A stretch of 64,000 nt of DNA from Amoebophrya sp. A120 (lineage: Eukaryota; Protista; Dinoflagellata). The notes below the pieces were generated by a model. The model worked only from the letters and a program-made list of their open reading frames with translations. It made no database searches and was not told where the DNA came from. The stretch is taken from positions 1,798,001 through 1,862,000 of the forward strand of contig CAJINV010000008.1 in assembly GCA_905178155.1 (NCBI GenBank), written 5' to 3'. Both the position numbers and the translations under genes were made by a program. This document shows, one piece after another, positions 37,725 through 47,846 of this stretch. Numbering within the stretch: position 1 is the stretch's first letter; each line of letters starts with the position of its first letter.

Positions 37725-40700
37725 AACGCTACTTGTCTCCCGGTCATTGTAAAGGGTCAGCCAGTTACTTTATGGAATGTAAACTCTTCACAATCACCAG
37801 TGTCAGAGCCAGCACGTACTGAATCACGCCATTCTGTAGGCGGCAGCGGTCATGATGTCTGCGCCGCGGTGTCTGTGTACGTTCACAGACATCAAACTTA
37901 ATCACGGAACGAGCTCTCCTCGGGGACGCACACGTGATGGATGTAGCATACCAGAGGTCCGTCAAATATTTATCTCCTGGTTTACTTTGCGACAAGATCT
38001 GAATATGAATGTGTTACTGTATGAGAGTCTAAGTGACTATGACCAACGAGACACAGATCGCCACGTATGATTCATTGCGCTGGCTCAAAAGCGTGAAGCT
38101 TCCTTGACTTTCATCATGATGTTTCTTCAAGTGCATAATCCCAGGAAAAGTAAGCCACTGCAGACCAAAATTTTGTTGCACTGCTTCAAGCTCTCTACGA
38201 ACGTGGACCGCCTCGGCGGAAAAGTAGTTTTCTTCATCTTGAGCCTCCGTAGAATCTCTACTGACGCACCTGTTTTTGTTCGAATCAAAAGTCGCAGCGT
38301 GGAGGCCCCTTCGCGTGAGTCATTTTGACAGAACTTCGCAAAAGAAAAGAAAACGTGGTCTCGTCACAAACAGGCAACTGTTGATACGAAATCGAAATCA
38401 ATCACCTTCCAGTATCCAGTTCTTATGTGAAAACTCAAATTTCACAAAAACCTTATATCGTGTCTGCGCCGCTGCACCACCCGCGCTCCTGCTACAACTG
38501 ATTTTTACGTCGCCGTCACCCACTCGTCTCGTCTGAGGTGGAAGAATGTTCCTGTAGCTGCTGATTCGCGTTTTGTTTGATCTCTTTCGTTCGAGTTTGT
38601 CTCGCTTTGGTGGTTTCCTCAGAAAAAAAATGATGCTGGTCGTCAAAAATCGTCCTCTTACTCTTGTTATTGTTTTCAGAGAGATTACAAAGAACTGCCT
38701 GTCACGGCTTTATCTTCTCCTCATACAACTGTTGTAGTCCCAGAAAAAATGGAAAAAAAGACTGCATAAAACTAAAAGGCAAACATAAATTCGTTTAGAA
38801 ATTGTAAAATAGCCTTGCGAAAAGACGTTGACAAAAGATTCAATGCTGGATAAATTTGTGAAAACTGTTATTGCTGTCGATCAGAAGTAAAAACCTGGGG
38901 GGTTCGACCAGTCCACAGCACAGAAAACACAAACGAAATCCTGGTGGGGGGGAAGACGAGATTCAATTGATTCAACAATGCTCTTCTTTCAATAAAAAGC
39001 ATCAAGAAAATGCCTCGCACGAACAAAGCCATACAGCATCGGTGAAATACATGCACCTACATAAACCAAAGGGAAACGAGAGGAGTCTTTGTAATAGCCG
39101 TATGAAATGGCTGCTCTCAAATCGACAGATCTCGCAAGAAAGACGCGCTGAGCAAAATTGTACGACGAGCTAGCACCGAGACGCACTTACGATTCAAGGA
39201 CGCCACCGACGGCACTTTGTCGGACTTTATGAGCCGAGTTTCCGTTTTTAAGAACCGAAAACAGATGAGGGAAACACAGTGTCCTCTCGTACTCTTTGTC
39301 TCTATTTTTATTTATAGCAGTGCATACAATGGAAAAGTACGGCAGTCACGAACGGGCGACCGACATTGTCAAGCCAACAACTATGCACCGGGAAGTAAGT
39401 GGCCGCAGGAGCAGGAGGAATACCGAACTATTAAACTACGTACAGCGCAGCACGAAGTCCACAACCGATGCTGCAGATTCCACAACGAGCGGCCGTCAAG
39501 CGAACGATACGTCGTGAAGGAGGACCGAACAATGTACATGTACTAGAGACGGAATACTTATACAAGTTTGCAAACCGAAGGGCATGTTCTAGGTAGAAGA
39601 AGTGGACACCGAATCGTTTAAGGACTCACTACAATGCATCTATCAGAACAAATGCGTGGTTTGCACGTTGTCGCATTTCATGGGTTTTCTCGCAGCAGAA
39701 AGAGAACACTATCGCTGTTGGTCCTTGCGATGAGCACGAGAAATGTTGCACATAGACATATCGGCCGCCTGTCGATGAATATACTACATCATCAGCATTT
39801 TTTTATTTTGGTTTCCCAACAATACCGAAATGGACGAAACAAATCCGTTTTACTGCTGTATGTGTTTCTTCCTAATTTTTTTTATACTGAACCGAAGGAA
39901 AACTTAAGAGTTCAACACACTCCGGAGGAACGGAGACGCTGCACGACTGTGGTTCTCATTTTGTGTAGGACCGCTCGCAACACCACTGCTCGCACTGCGA
40001 CTGTTTGCCGAAGCAAATCGCCCGGCCTCGCCCGCGTATCCAGTCTTGTTTGAAGTGATGTGTAGTTTCGACGTACCAGGACTAACTTTCAGCGCGAAGT
40101 CAGTACCGTAGACCGAAAGGTCCGTAATATCTCGATCGACCTCTGCGTGTTGTACCTCTCCAGTTCTCAGCTCGCGATTTCTATCTTCTTCTGTTTCCCC
40201 ATGATGGCCATGCTCTCGTGGCAGTGATCTGTTACTGCTTTGCTGCAGCTGCTCGTCGTGCTCCGCCATGAGGGACAGCGAAAAGTCCACCGGCGAGGAC
40301 ACCAACACTTCTCGCGCGCCTCGTATGCGCTTCCAAACGAAGAGGAACCGCATCGGCAAGATCAGCAGGCGCAGGAAAAACACCGGCAAAGCCAACGCTG
40401 GATAATCAAAGGGAAAGACGTCTGTTGAGTTGTAACCGCCTCCTTGTTTTTCTTGTCGTTTCTTTTCTGTGGATGAAACTTCTCCATAAGTACACAGATG
40501 GAAAAAAATGGACGAGTGTGTACCGTTTCGTTCGGTCCATCGTATACTTGCAAGTCAATTTATCAAGCTGCATACAACGCAAGGAGGACAGCGGGATGGC
40601 AACAGATGATTTTTCTCTTTTCATACGTGTCGACGCAGGCCCAGAACAGGTTTAGGAGAGTATCACATAGAAAAAAATCCTCTTATCCAGTGGTGACGCT

Positions 40701-41260
40701 AACGCCATAAATCGTATTTCGGAAAATGCAAATCGTATTCGCGCTCAGACTGTCGCGTCTTTTATTCCGTGCAGGAAAGCGAAGACATGCTCTCTTTTGA
40801 ACTATCCCATAAGGGTACCATAGTAGTATCACTTACTCTCAGCTATCTCTGTGGTAAGACAGATTTATTTCCAGTTCATAAGGTACCACCTCCGCGGTTC
40901 CTGCGTCGAAGTTGTGGAGCACTGAAACGCCGTAGAGTATCGACAAAAAGCAGCAGCACGCGATGAAAAAATCCCGCCGCGTGTGTGGTGGGTCTAAGGC
41001 GAAGTAGAGAGAGAAAGACGCCTGCGCACACAGGAGAAAGACCAACAAGGATGTGTCGAATCGAAAATTTTCGCTACCAGAGTACTTATGTGCCTGATCT
41101 TGGACGCCACGAAAAACCTTACGCTCTTTCGGATGCTCGAGAGTTTGAGTTCGTCCACGGAAGTGCTATGCGCTCGCGCAATACAGCTGTTTCATTCTTC
41201 AGCATACATTCATTACTGCAACGTGAAGTTGTAGACAACTATGGTGCTCTGCTAGCGCCT

Positions 41261-41704
41261 TTATCCTATCCCATAGGTTTCGAGGATGAAGAGCAGTGAG
41301 ACGAAAATCTCAATAAGCTCTTCCACCAGCAGCTCTTTCCAGGCGGTCTGGGGGCCAAAGAAGAAATTTCGGTGGTGTTGGAGGTAATGCAGCAAATCGC
41401 GGATCCAAAAAATACCACTCGAGTGCGCGTCTCGGCCGTCCGGATCATTCGGGTTGGTTGATGGGGGAAAAGACTGCGGAAAAAATATAACCAGCTTTGC
41501 GCCATGCCACGCGAAAATCGCGAAACAGAACAGTAGAAAGACGAAACAGTACTTCAGGTAACAGTGGTGACTGCGGCCCCGCTTCAGCTTCGACCGCTTT
41601 TGTGAAAATGAAAAGCCAAGGGTTACTTCCTCCGGACCGAAACAAACATAGTACTCAAAGCCAGGGAGTCGGGCCTCCCGGGAATCGTTTTTTTCTCGGC
41701 ACAA
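41261..41704 (-). CDS. Hypothetical membrane protein exon
   Basis: 147-aa ORF with a hydrophobic segment YCFVFLLFCFAIFAW. Confidence 0.25.
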   Translation of the reverse strand: MCREKNDSREARLPGFEYYVCFGPEEVTLGFSFSQKRSKLKRGRSHHCYLKYCFVFLLFCFAIFAWHGAKLVIFFPQSFPPSTNPNDPDGRDAHSSGIFWIRDLLHYLQHHRNFFFGPQTAWKELLVEELIEIFVSLLFILETYGIG

Positions 41705-43327
41705 ATCGTGTCCGAGTGCGGTATGGGCTGATCGAGCTGATCGAAGTCAAGTGTACAAGAAGTGCTTTTGTCGGTCAGCTTTTACTGCAAGATGCAAACC
41801 TTGTCATAGACAACTGGTGATAGTGTAATCGGCCAACTACACTTTGAGCATTTATTGGGTCGGTTTCTGTTGCCGTTGGTGCGGAAAGAATAAGTAAACA
41901 CTTTTCTGTGATCATAGCCCCAATGCTCGCACAAGCAGCTGCTCCTGTTCCGAGTTCAGTTGCAGCGAGGCCGATGAAGATGCAGCTGCACTAGACGTAA
42001 AGAGGGACGAGTTCTGTGATGCTTCAGGCGTGCCTCGCTCGCTCATATTCGTGACGGTCGCCATGATGAAGTTCTTTTGCTAGTACAGTTTTAGCTTAGA
42101 AGTGGAAGTACGACATTCCCTTCGGTGCGATGTAGCTGAGCCCTTCTACGCATGAAATCTCAACGACCTCGCCCACGATTTCAAGAAAAAAACTACCTCT
42201 AGAACATACCACCTCACTTGTTAGAGTCGACAGAGCCCAGAACGACATTCAACCGGCTCTTCGTGAGGAGTCGTGGGAAGTGAAGGCCAAGGCTTCTACT
42301 CTACTTATCGTACAACTTCGATAATCAGCTTCTGGTAGACAAAGGCAAATCATACTTCTTTCTTACGGAGAAGTGAACGCGTAGCATTTTCGCACAGGGC
42401 CGGGTCCACGGGGGTGTTAGTTTCTTACACACGATAAATCAACCAAAAGATAAAAAAAAGCGGTACAAAGCTAGGGTTCGTCATAGGTGGGTAGCCTCTA
42501 AGTCGGGTGCGGGATGGGTGGGGAGGAGAAGAATCTTGGGAAAGACAGGCACAGGCACTGCGATCGAAATAAGAAAGGCGAGTTGCACCTGTGTGAAAAA
42601 ATATACAAACTGAGGCAACCATGGTACAGTAAGCCACCCTAGGCGAAAGTACAAATCAGAACTCGACAACACAAAATATCCGCGCTCGCAAGTGAATGCC
42701 AGTGAGTACCGATCAAGGATGCACTCCCAATGAGGTCTGGTGATCACGACATCTGTTTCACGCACTGTCCTGTGTCAACCGAACGGTGCGAGCTCCCATA
42801 TTATGGCGGGACAACTTCAAAAAGCGAGTTACCTCCAGTTCCACCCTAGGCCTTTTCACTGCCGCACACCTGAACTCTCAAATTTTCGACCTCGATATGA
42901 AGATAAGTCTAGCGGCAACAGGGGGATCGATCAGTCTAAGCGCTTTTTTCGCCTGTTATCTATGTCAAGATGCACCGATGAGAGTCCTCGACGTGTCCCA
43001 TGCGGTCACCGTGTCCTAATATTTGTTCGACCGACCTGCAGTCGATCTTTCTAGCGGCTGATCATCCGGAATTCTTTCTAAAACATGAACACCTGCAACG
43101 CAAGAATGAAATGAAGCCGGCTCGTCATGGAATGTCGTGAACGAGTCCTCTTCGAACGAAATCGACAAATTCCGAAGCCGCTCCTCCTGTTTCACTTATT
43201 TCACTTGTGCTTTTCCTTTTAAAACCAGTTCTACTAATGAAACTCATCACACTCCACTTCACTCGTGTTAACTACAGAAACGCTTTCTTCGAGAACTTCT
43301 ACCCCTTGTATCAGTTCGAGAATCCTA

Positions 43328-46300
43328 TCAGCAGAAACAGCAGCATTTACGACAGCACATTGCCCTGCTGCTCCCCTGTCCGCCGCCTGCACTCCCACTC
43401 CGAGTCTGCTTGTACGTCGTTAAAGTTTTGCACTTTTTGTTCGGCGCACTTGCTTTAGAATTTACTTCTTTCTCGGCACTTCTCCTCCCAGGGCGTTTCT
43501 TCCCACTGTCGCTGTTTCCTGCGTTCATCCCAAGGGCGACAAGAGCGTCGTTCGACGGTGCCACCACATCCGCCTCATTCAGCATGTTAAAGACGAAACA
43601 GCTGTTGGGGCACTGTTGCACGGCCTGCAAGATCTCCGCGTAGCCGTCTTGAGTCTCTTGAGGGAAAATCTTGAGTATGTCGTGCCGCCTGTACAAGCAT
43701 CTTGCTCGCGAGTGCGATTGCAATTCTGAAATCGATCCGAATCAATAAACCGAAATATCAACTACAAAAACATGTTTCGTGCGATCATTGGCTGCGATAA
43801 ACGAAACGCGGCGCGACATACATCCCTTTTTCACCACTTCGATAAAATTTCGTGACTCCCGATCTGCACATACGTTTCGACAACTTCGGCCTCGAATCGC
43901 GTTAGAATTTTCAAAAAGAGCGTTTCTAGTGAATCATACAGCGACAGCGCCTCCCCGGACGCCTCAAACGCGTCCACTAGTCGCTGCCGTTCCTGAATCC
44001 AAGCTGGGGCAAAAAAACGCGTGAACGGATTCTTTTGCTGCTGCCGGGACGCTGTTGCTGATGGACTGTTCATGTTCTTCATCATCCCACCTTGTCCCCG
44101 CGATGGAGTAGCTACCTGCGACTCCTGCTGCTGCAGGAGAGTGTTGTCGACGCTGAAGCTCAGCCGACCCAAGCGGTGCGTATCGCCGACGGACACTGAC
44201 TTCGTCAAAAAGCTGTGGTAGCGCACGTGCACCTTCTTCACGGTCTCCGGGTTGCCGGCGAAGTCCAGCAAAACCGCGCCTTGTTGCGTGGGGGGCAACT
44301 TGTGCAAAAACCGGTAGTCGTCGTACAGGAGAACCTCGGAACTCACGGCGTTGGGTCGGGTTTTTCCCTTTGGCTTTGGGAAATTCGCCTTGAGGAATCG
44401 CTCCACGAAGCGGTAGTTCGCGCCCGAAGTTTCGTATGAACAGGAGGAGCGGAAAAGACACACAAGAGCTTGACGAGGTAGGTGTCGCATCAGCATCATG
44501 GGAAATGATCTCTTGGAATGTTGCGCTGAGAAGTTGCCTACCTACGATTCTACCTATAGTCAACTCTGACTCTCCAAGCCTGGATAGAGCTACGGAACTA
44601 TCGACGACGCGATGTCCGATTTTTGTATAGCACAACTCTTGCGTCATTTTTTGTCTCCGTATCATACTACTGCAATGATTTTCAGTGGGCGCACCTGACC
44701 GGCGCCTCCGCCACGTGTGCCGCCGCCGAATAGAGGACGCCGAGCTTCTAACGGTAGCGAGGCTGTGAAGTAGCGGTGGGTTTCTTCAGTATGGTGGTAG
44801 TCCTGGTGCACGACCAAGTTTATTGTTGAAAGGTCAATTGCAGCTGCAAAGATGAATTCAAAAACATACAAAAGAAGTACCTTCCCGCTTCCTCTGTTCC
44901 TGCAATACCATGAGAAAGCAGAGTGCTGACTTGCAGCTTGCGCTCGTGATGACCAGCGTGTCCGCGTCGAAAAAGTCGTGCCAGCGCAGCCAGTCCTCGA
45001 GGAAGAAAGCCGTCGGGAACAAGGGCTGCAGCAGCATCAACAAGTCCTCCGTCGCCCGCGAGTACAGGTTCGGCCATGTCCCGGGATCGCACACCCGGTA
45101 CGACCGGTAAACTAGTGGCAAAACGTGCCGGCGCGACGGATGCTCGTCAATAACCAACTCCGAGCCCCGCTTGAAAGTGAGCCCTGCAGTCGACTTCCGG
45201 TTGTGGTAAAGAGGACCACCAAACGCTGCACTTCGGCGAGAAGCGACAGAACCCTGGTCGTGGGCATTCGTCGTGTGCTGGTGGAAGGGGTTCTCGTGCA
45301 CAGCTCTTGACATGACCGTGCTGGGCGATTGCATCGAATTTGCCACTGCAATCCGCCCGCTGGGACTACTGTTCTTCAGCATAGTCTCCCCGTGCTGTAA
45401 CAGCTGCTCCTGTTGCAGCATGAAAAAGTACTGCCTGCGCCACGAGGAGCCCGGAGACTGCTGCTGGTCGGCACCCGGATCGAGTTCCAACAAGGTCCGC
45501 TGCCGACCATTCAGATATTCAGTGCGAACATTCCAGATTGATACGTAGGCCACAGCGCCACGCTTTTTGGCCACAGTGGCTCGGTAACATAGTATTTAAA
45601 ACCCTACGTGATCATGAACAACGACGGGGACGGCGATTGCGATTCGCGTTCGCGCTTGCATGACATTCATTCCGTATTTGGAGACCCTGCTGCGCAGGAA
45701 TATCTAAAACTTCCGCACCGGATATTGTTTGCGCATGATCTTGGTAATGCCCAACCGGCACGATTGCCGAGGGTTGGTGTGGCTGGTGCTTGCCTCGTAC
45801 GCCATTCCCTCCTGTGGACGGCGACAAGGGAAAGTTGTGACGGTTCTCGGCAAATACAAGCTCAGGAACGACAACCAGGCTTGAGTATGAACGGAAGTAA
45901 AAAAGTTTGCCACAGGGCAGGGGACGGGGTCCTCGTGACTGTTGGTTTACGGGCTTCACTCTTTCTTCGAATCCTGTACTACTTGTACTTGGTGGAGCCG
46001 CGCCCATCTAGGATACAAAACTCGCGCCGCTGTGGTCGAGGTTGAATTCTTTCTATGTGTCCTGTAAGCAGGAGCGATCCGTACACACATCGGGAAGAAA
46101 GAGGGAGATGTCCCGCCCTGAGACAGTGCAACTACATTATTTCTACTTGATACAGACCGACTCCGCTTCATCGCCACATTGTCCGCCAACTCTTCCGGCT
46201 CTAATTCAATGGTAAACATGTCTGTACTTGTCATGTGTATCAGCAATTTGGCAGCGCAAGCGACCTGAGGACAAACCCCTTTCCACGCATGACACTTCGC

Positions 46301-46899
46301 GTTTCTTGAGAGACGGAGAATGCAAACGAAAATGTTTTGGTGCGCAAGAAGTAGTTCTTCTGCCCTGCCAGCAGACGTTACTGCAAGCGTATTTTCATCT
46401 TCTCTGGTATTTACATCTGATTCGACGTGCGACGAGAAGTCCTAAGACATATTTGCTCTCATTCATACTGCAGCACGAGAAACGACGAAGTGGGCCACAT
46501 CCCGAAGAGCCTCGTACCCCGCCGCAAAAAGGGACTTCGCGATGCCACCACGGTCGCAAAGCCCCACACTGGCAAGCGCCCAAAGTGCAGTGCCAGCTGC
46601 TGCTCCACTTGCTCTACTTCCGAGGTCATGTGTGTGTCAGTAGAAGACGCCGAACAGTAAGCACCGGTTGACGAAGATGTTGAGGAGCTGGAAGCCCCAC
46701 CACAGGATGTCTTTCCCCTTCCGCGCGGGAAAAAGTCCCAAAACTGCATTTTGTCGCCGAGAACGGCGTAGCTCAGGTTGTTGGCCGACAACGCAAATTT
46801 CTCCACCTGCGCCAGCGCCTGCCCGTCCTGCAGCAGCACATCCTCGCTGGTGACGAAGCGGGTCTGCGTTATATCCGATCGCTGGATCAAGAGATCCAT
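43328..46899 (-). CDS. DUF2855 family protein, multi-exon, with long low-complexity insertions
   Basis: VEKFALSANNLSYAVLGDKMQFWDFFP, GRLPVWGFATVVAS, LLQPLFPTAFFLEDW..FFDADTLVITSASCKSA, LLDFAGN, SVGDTH and FFAPAWI match the DUF2855 pattern as I recall it. Confidence 0.78.
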
Positions 46900-47846
46900 G
46901 ATCGTGGCAGAAAACCTCGTTCGAGACCTGCACTATCACGGGACAGCACTCGGTGGCCGCTTTTGCAGCGACACTGTTTGTACTATTTGAGGTACTCTTC
47001 TAAACGCTGTGGTACGAGTGGTTGCTCAACTCTCATTCTCTCTGCATATGGCCTCAGATCAGAGTATCTGGCGTCAGCTTGTGGTGCAATTAGCAGTGTA
47101 ACCTCGACGACTCAGCCACATTTTTCTCGGAACGTAACAAGTACTTGGTCTTCACGTTGAATACGTCTCGATCTCACTTTTGTCCTGCCGTTTTGATGTT
47201 CTGTGATCGATGATCTTTACTCTCGCTCGCGGAACACGAACATTTCAAGGGCACTTCTTCTGTTCTCGTGTAGCAGAACGAGCAACATGTGCCCTTCGAG
47301 TGCTGCCGGATTCATCTTCAGTATCAGTAACTTGGAATTCATGGTGACACTTGCAAAGAAAACCCACCGCCGATGTAGCACTAGCTACTTTTACTTGTTG
47401 CTTACGCCAAATCATAAACCAGGAAGCTTTTGACAGTGTCATTTAAACACAGTTCACTAAACCCAACCACCTGCTGTCATCAAAATGAGTACATCAAAGG
47501 AAAAAAACGTGTGTGTGTGAACCAAAATATCGCTTTTGCTTTTGAGTAAAGATACTTTTGTTGTCCTGATGGCCTTCAACTGAATGCCAACGTTATCCTT
47601 ATTTTTGTTCATTCTGCAAAAAAACTCAGAAAGATAAATTCTCATCCCGCTCCCAATTAGCCCCGAACAACCACTCCGATATATCAAACCACTCCACGAC
47701 ATGGGCGGCGCAAACGACCTTTTTCATCGGAAAGCCGATGACAAAAAATCGGCTCCAGCTCTTCATTTTGACAACACAGAAAGAGAAAAGACCTCAAGTA
47801 GCTACACAGTCGTCGACTCCAGCACAGGGATCCTCTGAATTCCTCG

